Shown here: positions 29,982-39,136 of the stretch, in pieces
How positions within the stretch are numbered: position 1 is the first letter of the stretch
How the letters are laid out: every line of letters starts with the position of its first letter
DNA from: Candidatus Binatia bacterium
GTDB taxonomy: Bacteria; Desulfobacterota; Binatia; Bin18
Direction: 5' to 3'
Assembly (NCBI GenBank): GCA_963664395.2
Contig: OY761159.2
Coordinates: 3,296,001-3,360,000 of the forward strand
Length of the DNA: 64,000 bases
Made by a program: the position numbers and the translations under genes
The notes under the pieces: generated by a model
Seen by the model: only the letters and a program-made list of their open reading frames with translations
Told to the model about the DNA's origin: nothing
Databases searched by the model: none

Positions 29982-31211
29982 TCAGAGCTTCGGGCGCCAC
30001 TTGCGCAGCAGCTCCTCTCCTTCCTCAATCTGCTCCGGCTTCATAAGCTCAACAATATAACCACGTACTTTGAGTACGTCATTCTTGTGCTCGCCTGAGG
30101 CATTCGTGGCTGCCAGATTGATCCAGAGATAGGCTTGGCCATAGTCCTGCGGCGCACCCTGGCCCCTGGCGTACCGAAGCGCCAGATTATACTGCGCCTG
30201 GGCATCACCCTGATTGGCCGCCCGGCGATACCAGTTCGCCGCTTGGGTGTCGTTTTGTTCGACCCCTTGCCCGGTCGCATACATGAATCCCAGATTTATC
30301 TGGGCCTGGGCATGGCCCTGCTCGGCGGCTTTGCGGTACCATGCGGCGGCCTCAGCAGCATCTTGGGTCGCGCCCAGGCCAGCGCGATACATGAGCCCTA
30401 AGTTCCACTGCGCATCGGCATAGCCCTGCTCGGCGGCTTTGCGATACCAGGTGGCGGCCTCCGCGGCATCTTGGGTCACGCCCTGGCCAGTCTGGTAATG
30501 GAGCCCCATAAAATACAGTGACCGCGGGTGCCCCCGCTCGGCGGCTGTGCGATGCCATTCCATCGCTTGGGTGGCATCCTGTGCAACGCTCTGGCCCAGG
30601 CCGTAGAGCACTCCCAGTTTTGCCTGGGCCAGCAGGACTCCACGCTCGGCCGCTTGGGTGAGTTGGGCGGGCGTCATGCGCGCGATCAGATTAGCGCGTG
30701 CACCGGCGTACTTTGCGGCCGTTGCTTTGGCGGCACTGAACGAATCACGATCGCCTTTATAGACAGCCTGTGTCGCAGCCGTATCAGCTGCCTGGTTAAT
30801 CAAAAACAGGGCCTGAACGTCATCTTTCTCAATCCCTTTCCCCGACGAATACAGAATACCCAGATCATACTGGGCAGTGACGTGGCCCTGATCTACCGCT
30901 TTACGGTACCATGCTATTGCCGTGTCCAGGTCCTCTGGGACGCCCAGGCCGTTCGCATATATGGCTCCTAGGTTCCACTGCGCTGTCACATGGCCTTGCT
31001 CGGCGGCTTTGCGGTACCAGGTTCTCGCGGCGGTATAATCGAGTTGAAGGCCATAGCCATTATCGTACAGGAACGCGAGGTCATACTGTGCATCCACATC
31101 ACCGGCCTCAGCCCGCTCGCGCAACTCGGCATTCCTGTCGGTTTGCGCGTGGGGTGCAGCACCATTGAGCAAGACAACACTAACTAGTAACCATTGTAAA
31201 ATCGTCCTCAT
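29982..31211 (-). CDS. Secreted Sel1-repeat protein
   Basis: Signal peptide; repeated AQ.NLG..Y..G.GV.QD...A..WYRKAAEQG units; 108-bp DNA periodicity at about 30321/30429/30537. Confidence 0.93.
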   Translation of the reverse strand: MRTILQWLLVSVVLLNGAAPHAQTDRNAELRERAEAGDVDAQYDLAFLYDNGYGLQLDYTAARTWYRKAAEQGHVTAQWNLGAIYANGLGVPEDLDTAIAWYRKAVDQGHVTAQYDLGILYSSGKGIEKDDVQALFLINQAADTAATQAVYKGDRDSFSAAKATAAKYAGARANLIARMTPAQLTQAAERGVLLAQAKLGVLYGLGQSVAQDATQAMEWHRTAAERGHPRSLYFMGLHYQTGQGVTQDAAEAATWYRKAAEQGYADAQWNLGLMYRAGLGATQDAAEAAAWYRKAAEQGHAQAQINLGFMYATGQGVEQNDTQAANWYRRAANQGDAQAQYNLALRYARGQGAPQDYGQAYLWINLAATNASGEHKNDVLKVRGYIVELMKPEQIEEGEELLRKWRPKL

Positions 31212-31339
31212 ACAATTTTCCTAGCGCATTCTCGCACAAATGAGAAGTGGAGGAGTCATGAGGGTGTGAGTGGCGTGTCGTATATGGAGGGCCATAGCAT
31301 CACAGCGAGGCTAGATGGTCCGTCTCAAGCGACGTTATG

Positions 31340-31540
31340 TTAGGTATCTTTTTTTACTGTGGTAAATTGACGACAGCCGCACATACTGATGCGACATCTC
31401 CCAGTCCAGGCGCGTTCGTGCATCAGCGCAGGGTGGCCACAGGCGCACAGCGAGACCCCCATAACCGGGGGGCGTGGCGTGCCTTCGAGTTTCGCCCATT
31501 GCCGTTCCAAATCCCGCCGAATCTCTTCATCCCGCGTCAT
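31340..31540 (-). CDS. Small Cys/His-rich hypothetical protein
   Basis: CACGH...H...C...CGC; AAGGAG upstream of ATG 31540. Confidence 0.5.
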   Translation of the reverse strand: MTRDEEIRRDLERQWAKLEGTPRPPVMGVSLCACGHPALMHERAWTGRCRISMCGCRQFTTVKKDT

Positions 31541-31595
31541 TGCCGTACGCTCTCCTTCAGGCATGTATCGAGGCTACCCTGCTGGCTTCGGCTGC

Positions 31596-31901
31596 TCAAG
31601 AGGATCTCGTGTGGAGTGCATCTATCCAGTCAGGTAAGGGTTGATCTGGCATGTCAGCGCTCTCGGGTAAGAGTTCAAGCACATCCAGCGACATCCGGTA
31701 GCGAATGCGTCCGCGCCACAAATACGGTGTTTTTACAGAGTTGCTGACCATGCCACCGTGGAGGGCCGGGCAGACACCCTGAGGGGGCGTGGCTTCCACC
31801 CATAACTCTGCCCCACGATTCTGACGAACCCAGGCGTGCGAGTCCGGGTGGATATTGTCCCAACTCTCCGGCTCCACAAGCCGGGCTTTTTGGCAATGCA
31901 T
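31596..31901 (-). CDS. Hypothetical protein
   Basis: 101-aa ORF with GGGAGAG upstream of ATG 31901; no recognised motif. Confidence 0.4.
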   Translation of the reverse strand: MHCQKARLVEPESWDNIHPDSHAWVRQNRGAELWVEATPPQGVCPALHGGMVSNSVKTPYLWRGRIRYRMSLDVLELLPESADMPDQPLPDWIDALHTRSS

Positions 31902-32074
31902 AGCTCTCCCCGGTGTTCCTGCTCCCGTAAAGAGCAGACCCCGCAACGTGATACGGTCATCTGGCTGAAGCCTGACCGGCTCAGGTGACGTGCGGGCCTT
32001 GTGTCGAATGGTGTCAATTGCATACCAGATCCACTATACACGAGCTGTGACGAAACGCCTCGGGAGGAAGTGAT

Positions 32075-32836
32075 ATGGACACCTTTCAATATGAAACCGT
32101 TCTGAGCAGGCTGGGCGACAGTGGGGTGCGCACCATCGCTCTGAACCGGCCGGAGCGCCTCAACGCCATGAACCAGCAGCTCATGGTCGATATTGCTCGC
32201 GCCTTTGACGAAGCCAATGCTGATCCGGAGACCCGCGCCATCATCTTTACCGGTCAGGGCCGCGCCTTTTGCGCTGGCGATGACCGTAAGGCACATCGTC
32301 AGCCGGCAAACGAAGCGCAGGCCAGAGAGGCCGTGGACGCGGTCCAGCGGGCGACCCTGGCGATTGTCTTTGGCGGGAAGCCGGTGGTGGGAGCCATCAA
32401 CGGCTGGGCAGTCGGGGGTGGGTTTGAGTTGGCGCTCAACTGTGATTTTCCGATCTGGGCGGAAAGCGCTAGAGGGTTTTTCCCCGAAGTGTCGCTCAAC
32501 GCCTTTGTGACGGGGGCCGTCTCCTCGCTTTTACCAGCCCTGGTCGGGCTGAACAAAGCCCGAGAAATGCTCTTTCTGGGCGAGCAGTATGACGCCCGCA
32601 CCCTGCTGGACCTGGGCGTTGCGTGGCGCGTGGTCGGCGATGATCGTCTGCTTGCCGAGGCGCACAGTGTGGCGGAGAAACTGAGTAGCCTGCCGTCTCT
32701 TGCCGTCCGAGCGATGAAGCGCGTGCTCAATCAGTGCGCGGCCAGCGATATCCACACCGCACTGCGACTTGAAACAGAGGCGACGGTTGCAAGTTTTCTC
32801 GACCCGGAAACAACCGAACGACTCACGAATTTCTAG
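32075..32836 (+). CDS. Enoyl-CoA hydratase/isomerase family protein
   Basis: LNRPERLNA, RAFCAGDD, KPVVGAING.AVGGGFEL, PE. Confidence 0.93.
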   Translation: MDTFQYETVLSRLGDSGVRTIALNRPERLNAMNQQLMVDIARAFDEANADPETRAIIFTGQGRAFCAGDDRKAHRQPANEAQAREAVDAVQRATLAIVFGGKPVVGAINGWAVGGGFELALNCDFPIWAESARGFFPEVSLNAFVTGAVSSLLPALVGLNKAREMLFLGEQYDARTLLDLGVAWRVVGDDRLLAEAHSVAEKLSSLPSLAVRAMKRVLNQCAASDIHTALRLETEATVASFLDPETTERLTNF

Positions 32837-32872
32837 CCTGGTACACGGTAACAGCACGCGGCTCGACTATCC

Positions 32873-33580
32873 CTAGTCCTTTGCCTTCTCAGGGTTTGGT
32901 ACCATCTTGCCATGACCGGGGATAATCCAGTCCGCGCGCTGTAAAACCTTTGCTCGACTCGTATTGAGCGCCTCTTGGTCCCAGGTCAGCGGGGCGTCTC
33001 CGGGGGTGATGTCGGGGAATGCCCAGGTATGTGTCAGGACGTAGGTCCCTTGGGCCGTCTCAACGACCAGCGACGCATCCTCTTCGGTATGTCCTGGGGT
33101 TTGCAGCACACGTATGCCGGGCGCAATGGCATACGCATCGCCATGATCTTCCCACAGGTCGCCGGTATACGTCGCCCAAAAATCGACCAGTTGGGCGTTG
33201 GGGAAGAGGGCAATATTCACGGTATGGTCGGGATGGTGATGGCTGATAAAGATATGGGTGACGTCCTCAGCGGAGACACCTTCTTTTTTCAGCGCGTCAA
33301 GAATGAGAGCCCGTTCTGCAACCATGCCGGGATCGGCGACCAGCGTGACACCCGCGCCTCGGACCAGGGCAACCGTCCCCGCCACATGTCTGGCGCCGTC
33401 ATCAGTCACACCGGGCATGGGCTGTCGCCCTTCTATCGGCTTGACATAGCCTTCAAGCAGAACGGTGACGGTGTTCGTGTTTGGTGTTTCCTGTCCCTGT
33501 ATTCCGAGGGGCGTACAAATAAACGCCACTCCCATGAGTCCAACCAGGGCAACGAATCGGCATCTTTTGGTGTGCAGCAT
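32873..33580 (-). CDS. Exported MBL-fold metallo-hydrolase
   Basis: SHHHPDH, TPGHT, IPGHG; signal peptide; GGAGGGAG RBS. Confidence 0.85.
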   Translation of the reverse strand: MLHTKRCRFVALVGLMGVAFICTPLGIQGQETPNTNTVTVLLEGYVKPIEGRQPMPGVTDDGARHVAGTVALVRGAGVTLVADPGMVAERALILDALKKEGVSAEDVTHIFISHHHPDHTVNIALFPNAQLVDFWATYTGDLWEDHGDAYAIAPGIRVLQTPGHTEEDASLVVETAQGTYVLTHTWAFPDITPGDAPLTWDQEALNTSRAKVLQRADWIIPGHGKMVPNPEKAKD

Positions 33581-33733
33581 ATCTCCCTCCTGCTTGTTCC
33601 CTGACATAGCACTCCGGTCTGTGGGGAACCAGTCGTCTCGTTTCTCGCTTTTTTTACTCGGTGTGGCTATTATCACTGGCATTGGGATGGTGGTGAGTAT
33701 AACGCCTTGGGCAGACACATACTGGAGACGCAA

Positions 33734-35074
33734 ATGAGTGATCTATCCTCTGACGAGATCTTACGCCTGACTCGTGAGTACGGCCTGTACGAATGGGCCG
33801 CGCAGAAGGCGGTGAATCCAATCAGCGTTGACCATGCCAAGGGCGTCTACTTCTGGACGGTCGACGGCAAACGCTTTCTCGACTTCAACTCCCAGCTCAT
33901 GTGCGTCAATATCGGCCACGGGGATGAGCGCGTCCTGACTGCCATTCGGGAGCAAGCTGAGAAGCTGACCTATGTGATGCCGCATATCACGACCGAGCCG
34001 CGTGCCAGGCTGCATCAACTCCTGGCCGAGGTCAGCCCCGGTGCCCTCAAACGCTCCTTTTTGACGCTCAGCGGAGCGGAGGCCAATGAACACGCCGTTA
34101 GGATCGCCCGCTTGGTCACGCAGCGTCAGAAAATTCTTGTCCGCTACCGTTCCTATCACGGCGCGACAGCCGGAGCCGGAACGCTGACTGGAGAGCCGCG
34201 CCGCTGGGGAGCCGAACCAGGCATCCCCGGTGTTGTGCGGGCCATGGACCCCTACCGCTATCGGTGCCGCTGGTGTCAGGAGCAGCCAGCTTGTAACCTC
34301 AACTGCTTGAATCATGTTGAAGATGTCATCCAGTTTGAGGGCGCGCACACGATTGCCGCCGTGCTGATTGAGACCGTGACCGGAACGAACGGCGTGATCA
34401 TTCCACCCGACGGCTATCTGCCGGGGCTGCGCACCTTGTGCGATAAATATGGCATCCTGCTGATCGCCGATGAGGTCATGAGCGGCTTTGGCCGGACGGG
34501 GGAGTGGTTTGCAGTCAATCACTGGGATGTCGTGCCTGACATCATGACGCTGGCAAAGGGCTTAACGAGCGCCTATCTGCCGCTTGGCGCCATTATGGTA
34601 AACGACGAAATCGCGGCCCATTTTGAAGACAACGTCCTGTACGCCGGGTTGACCTATGGGGCGCATCCGGTCTCCTGTGCAGCCGCGATTGCCACCATTA
34701 AGGTCTACCAGGAAGACGGTTTGATCGAGAATGCCAAAAAGATGGGTACGGTCCTGGCTCAAGAGATGGAACGCTTACAGCACAAGCATCCCTCAGTCGG
34801 AGAGACCCGTTCCATTGGCCTGTTTGGCCTGTTCGAACTTGTCAAAAACCGTCAGACGCGCGAGCCTCTGGCCCCCTTTAACGCCACGCCTGCCGAGATG
34901 GGTCCTATGGCTCAGCTCGGCGCATTTTTTCGAGACAACGGTCTCTTTACCCTGGTCCGCTGGAACACCTTTTTTGTGAATCCGCCGCTGTGTATTACCG
35001 AGGCACAGCTCCGCGAGGGATTGGCTATTATTGACCAGGCGCTCGACATTACCGACGCGGCCGTTTTGTCCTGA
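33734..35074 (+). CDS. Class III (omega-amino acid) PLP aminotransferase
   Basis: SGAEAN, SYHG, LIADEVMSGFGRTG, PDIMTLAKG, TYGAHP. Confidence 0.93.
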   Translation: MSDLSSDEILRLTREYGLYEWAAQKAVNPISVDHAKGVYFWTVDGKRFLDFNSQLMCVNIGHGDERVLTAIREQAEKLTYVMPHITTEPRARLHQLLAEVSPGALKRSFLTLSGAEANEHAVRIARLVTQRQKILVRYRSYHGATAGAGTLTGEPRRWGAEPGIPGVVRAMDPYRYRCRWCQEQPACNLNCLNHVEDVIQFEGAHTIAAVLIETVTGTNGVIIPPDGYLPGLRTLCDKYGILLIADEVMSGFGRTGEWFAVNHWDVVPDIMTLAKGLTSAYLPLGAIMVNDEIAAHFEDNVLYAGLTYGAHPVSCAAAIATIKVYQEDGLIENAKKMGTVLAQEMERLQHKHPSVGETRSIGLFGLFELVKNRQTREPLAPFNATPAEMGPMAQLGAFFRDNGLFTLVRWNTFFVNPPLCITEAQLREGLAIIDQALDITDAAVLS

Positions 35075-35281
35075 CGGCTCTTTTCGGGAGCAGGCGCGTA
35101 TCAACATCAACCGTAATGTCCAGAGTATGCCGGACCTGACCGCCTGCTGGAGTGCGATATTTTGGCATCTTGGCCATGAGACTGGGAACTCCTCTAGTGG
35201 GGTTGGTATTGTCCTACTGCCCTGCGGCGATATACCCTTCTGCACTGATTGCAGCCTAAGCGAAAGGTGGGGGTACACGGT

Positions 35282-36595
35282 ATGAGAGTAATGACGAGGA
35301 GGGCGCTGATCCGCTCCGGTCTGAGCTGCTGCTTGACCGCCCCCTGGTTGGAGCCTCTGATGGCGCTCGCCAACACAGACGCCAGCCAGTCTGCGCCGCA
35401 GACGGCATCCGGCTTGACCGACACTGAGATTATTCTCGGCATGTCCGCAGCATTCTCCGGCCCGTCCCGAGGTTTGGGCGTCGAACTGCATCGAGGCGCC
35501 AGCGCGTACTTCGCACACGTCAATGAGCAAGGGGGTATCGCGGGCCGCAACGTCATTCTCAAAACGTATGACGATGGCTACCAACCCGACCCTTCCATCA
35601 AGAACACCCTGAAGCTGATACGGCAAGACCGGGTGTTTCTGCTATTCGGTTACGTTGGAACGCCGACGGTCACGCGCGTACTTCCCATGCTCAAGAAGTT
35701 CCAGGACAGAAACATCTTTTTGTTTTTTCCCTTCACTGGTGCCCAGCCGCAGCGGGAACCTCCGTATGGAGACTTCGCGTTTAATCTGCGTTCCTCCTAT
35801 CGCCAGGAAACCGCGGGTCTCGTCGACAATTTCGTTCGCATCAACCGAAGACGCCTCGCCGTGTTCTATCAAGCGGATGCCTATGGACGCAGTGGCTGGG
35901 CGGGTGTCAGACGCGCCCTGAAGAGGCACGGGGAACGGATTGCGGGCGAGGCGACGTACCGCCGCGGCGAAAGGTTCACCGGAAGCATGCGCAAACAGGT
36001 CGAAATACTGAAGGCGTCAAAGCCCGAAGCGGTGATCTGTATCGGCTCCTATGCGGCCTGCGCGGCCTTTATACGCGACGCCGTAGACCTCGGCCTGCAC
36101 GTGCCGATTGCCAACCTGTCCTTTGTTGGCAGCGAAGACCTTTTGAAACTTCTCACTTTCTGGGCGCTTACTGAGAGGCATGGCGACAGCGAAGCGTATA
36201 CGCGACTGCTCGTAAACTCCCAGGTGGTCCCGAGTTACGAAGAAGCCTCCATGCCAGCTGTCAAAGAGTATCGTACATTGATCCGACGCTACAACCCGCA
36301 GCCGCCTATAGAACTGTTGAAAGAGGCCTACCTGTCCTCTGAGTTCAGCTTCGTCAGCCTCGAGGGATTTATCAACGCCAAGTTAATGGTTGAAATTCTG
36401 CGCCGTCTTGGCGACAAGCCGGAACGGAGCCAGCTCGAGCGCGCAGTCTTCACCGTCCAGGATTTCGATCTGGGCATCGGCGAACGGGTCTCCTTTAGTC
36501 CCGGTCGCCGACAGGGTCTACAGCAAGTCTACTACACCGTTGTTGATAAAGGCCGTTTTGCCACTCTGGACAATTGGGAAGATAGGTTTGCATAA
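35282..36595 (+). CDS. Periplasmic binding protein (LivJ/Peripla_BP_6-like), Tat-like signal
   Basis: TRRALI N-terminus; GMSAAFSGP, YDDGYQP, GYVGTPT, DAYG. Confidence 0.85.
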   Translation: MRVMTRRALIRSGLSCCLTAPWLEPLMALANTDASQSAPQTASGLTDTEIILGMSAAFSGPSRGLGVELHRGASAYFAHVNEQGGIAGRNVILKTYDDGYQPDPSIKNTLKLIRQDRVFLLFGYVGTPTVTRVLPMLKKFQDRNIFLFFPFTGAQPQREPPYGDFAFNLRSSYRQETAGLVDNFVRINRRRLAVFYQADAYGRSGWAGVRRALKRHGERIAGEATYRRGERFTGSMRKQVEILKASKPEAVICIGSYAACAAFIRDAVDLGLHVPIANLSFVGSEDLLKLLTFWALTERHGDSEAYTRLLVNSQVVPSYEEASMPAVKEYRTLIRRYNPQPPIELLKEAYLSSEFSFVSLEGFINAKLMVEILRRLGDKPERSQLERAVFTVQDFDLGIGERVSFSPGRRQGLQQVYYTVVDKGRFATLDNWEDRFA

Positions 36596-36596
36596 C

Positions 36597-37334
36597 ATGA
36601 AAGTACAAAAGCTTTTTCAGAAAACATTATTCGGCGTTTTCTCGCTGTTCGGTGTGATTAGCCTGTCAACCTCCGTTCTGTGCGTCTATACGGTCGATAC
36701 GCACTTGTCAGAGGAATACGAGAGCAATAGCAAGGATATCGCCAAGACCCTGGCTGATGCCAGTGTGGACATTCTCTTGAATCGGGACCTGGCGGCTCTG
36801 CAATCGCTCATCGATCAATTTGTCGAAATTCGGAGCATACGATACATCTATATTACGGACGAAGCCGGCGATTTTATCGCCCACACTTTTGTCCCCGGAA
36901 TTCCCGAAGAAATTCGAACGGGGGACCGGAACAACACGGCGCCTGTGGAGCGCCGCCTGCCCGGGATGGGCGATTTCGTGGAGGTTGGCAGTCCGATTCT
37001 GGCCGGCGTTGCGGGCACCGTTCATGTCGGCATGGACACCGGTCTGATTGCGCTGAAGATTCAAAGAGCAATCGGTCGACAGATCTACCTCATCTCCATT
37101 ATACTTGTGGTTGGCGTCCTGGCCGCCATCTGGTTCGTCAACCTTGCGGCGAAGCCCCTGGGCGACCTCCTCGCGTATGCCGTGGGTCTCGCACGTCACC
37201 AGGAAGACCGACCGGATGAAAAGCTTCTGGCACGTGACGATGAGGTTGGACAACTGGCCCGACTCTTCTTCTATTTTGCAGAGTTCGTGGATGCCGAAGG
37301 GGGACGGCGCGTACCGCCCGGAAGCGATAGTTAG
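36597..37334 (+). CDS. Two-TM membrane sensor with extracytoplasmic domain and HAMP-like segment, no output domain
   Basis: TM1, periplasmic segment, TM2, then KPL..L...A and DEVGQLARLF; stops about 20 aa later. Confidence 0.72.
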   Translation: MKVQKLFQKTLFGVFSLFGVISLSTSVLCVYTVDTHLSEEYESNSKDIAKTLADASVDILLNRDLAALQSLIDQFVEIRSIRYIYITDEAGDFIAHTFVPGIPEEIRTGDRNNTAPVERRLPGMGDFVEVGSPILAGVAGTVHVGMDTGLIALKIQRAIGRQIYLISIILVVGVLAAIWFVNLAAKPLGDLLAYAVGLARHQEDRPDEKLLARDDEVGQLARLFFYFAEFVDAEGGRRVPPGSDS

Positions 37335-37448
37335 TTCTTAACTCCGGAGGATTTCCACAGAATGTCCAGGCATATGGGCATGGCTCGTCGGATCAAGACG
37401 AAGTCCTGCGAGCGGTTGAGGCTGAGTGGCGATTGAGGGCTCTTGGAA

Positions 37449-38759
37449 ATGGCGAAACAACAAAGAATCCCTATTCCGCGTACGATTATCGTACTGTTAT
37501 GCACCCTCCTGCAGATTTGCTTCGGGACCGTGTATGCGTGGAGTTTCTTTCAAACGCTTCTGGTCAGACAGCTCGGTTGGTCGTTCACGGAAACGGCCTG
37601 GGCCTTCAGCCTCGCGATCTTTTCGCTGGGTACCTCCGCGGCCTGGGCCGGCGCTATGCTGCCACGGTTCGGACCGCGCAGATTGGCGCTGGCCGGGAGC
37701 GTCATGTTTTCGGGCGGCTATGTGATCGCCAGTCTCGCGCTTCACCTGAACTTTGTTGAGCTCTTTTATCTCGGCTACGGTGTGATCGGCGGGGCGGGAA
37801 TCGGGCTTGGCTACGTGACGCCGGTCGCAACCGCGGCGAAGTGGTTTCCAGACCACAAGGGGTTGGTGACCGGGATCGTCGTGATGGGTTTCGGCGTGGG
37901 CGCGTTTCTTTTGAGCAAAGTGCTGGCGCCGCTGCTCGTGCTGTGGGCGGATGGTGACCTGCCGCTCGTCTTCTTGTGGCTCGGGATTGTATTTGCCTGT
38001 ATTTTACTGCCTGCCAGCTTTGCGTTAAGCGATCCCCCGACCTCTGCTGTGCCTGCGGCCGCAAGTCAGCAGAGCGACGACTCCGACTCTGTCGTGCCCT
38101 ACCTCCGGTCTCCTGGGTTCATCCTCATGTGGACCGTCTTTTTTTTCAACATCGTCGCGGGGATATCCGTTATCAGCTTTCAGTCGGAACTCCTGCAGGA
38201 AGTGTGGGGACTGGCCGACCCGTCGTTGGAGCCGGCGACGCTCGTCGAGTATGGGGCGACACTGATCGCCGTCAGTTCGCTGTGCAACGGCGCGGGGCGG
38301 CTGTTCTGGGGGTTACTATCGGACCGTATTGGGCGCGTCAGGGTTTTCAGAATTCTGCTCGCCAGTCAGATGATCGTTTTCGGTATTTTGATGACAGAAC
38401 GTAATCCCTGGATATTTTCGGCGCTCGTGTGTTATGTCCTCTTATGCTTCGGAGGCGGCTTTGCCACCATGCCCTCTTTCGTTCTCGATGTTTTTGGCGC
38501 GAAAAAGATGTCCACGATTTACGGGGCCATTCTGACGGCCTGGGCCGCGGCGGGGATCTTCGGCCCGCTCTATGTGGGGCATTTGAAAGACCAATATCCC
38601 GACCGGGCTGTCATGTATTGCTTTTTGATCGGGATTCTGATGCTTGGCCTTGGCTATGTATTCTCTTATTTGTTGAACGACGACCGCATTCGCCTGCATC
38701 GCCCGACATTGGAAAGTACGCTGCGTCAGTATGGCATTTCGCCTCCTCGGCGCGTCTGA
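37449..38759 (+). CDS. OFA-family MFS transporter (oxalate/formate antiporter-like)
   Basis: GTVYAWS, KWFPDHKGL, NGAGRLFWG..SDRIGR, IYG.ILTAW. Confidence 0.9.
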   Translation: MAKQQRIPIPRTIIVLLCTLLQICFGTVYAWSFFQTLLVRQLGWSFTETAWAFSLAIFSLGTSAAWAGAMLPRFGPRRLALAGSVMFSGGYVIASLALHLNFVELFYLGYGVIGGAGIGLGYVTPVATAAKWFPDHKGLVTGIVVMGFGVGAFLLSKVLAPLLVLWADGDLPLVFLWLGIVFACILLPASFALSDPPTSAVPAAASQQSDDSDSVVPYLRSPGFILMWTVFFFNIVAGISVISFQSELLQEVWGLADPSLEPATLVEYGATLIAVSSLCNGAGRLFWGLLSDRIGRVRVFRILLASQMIVFGILMTERNPWIFSALVCYVLLCFGGGFATMPSFVLDVFGAKKMSTIYGAILTAWAAAGIFGPLYVGHLKDQYPDRAVMYCFLIGILMLGLGYVFSYLLNDDRIRLHRPTLESTLRQYGISPPRRV

Positions 38760-39136
38760 TTCCCGCTCCCCCTACGTCTCTCCAGGGCGTCCTTCTGCTG
38801 GCGCTTTTTTTACCCGTACAGTACACTGGGCGTATGCTGTATGCTTGTTCACCTGACGATGGTTTTGACGACGAGGATGATGAGGACGAACGCTGTCCGT
38901 GCTCTATCCTCATTCGATGGCCCCGCCCACACGCCGTGAGGCCATTACAACCAAAATAATCGAGAGGCCTGCGGCCCGCCCGCTTGAGTCTGAATCAAAC
39001 AAAGAGAGCCTCAGGCTTGCCTTTCCAGCCTGTTCTCTCTATAGGGATGCAAGGAATTTGACCCATACGCCGGGACTATGACCGCACGTGTGGCTGTGTC
39101 ATAGAGACGTGCCTGCGCACATAAAGGAGAGACGCC

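Noticed and set aside
30200-31100. Periodic repeats as a CRISPR array
   Set aside because: The 108-bp period is the 36-aa Sel1 repeat within an ORF; no unique spacers or cas genes
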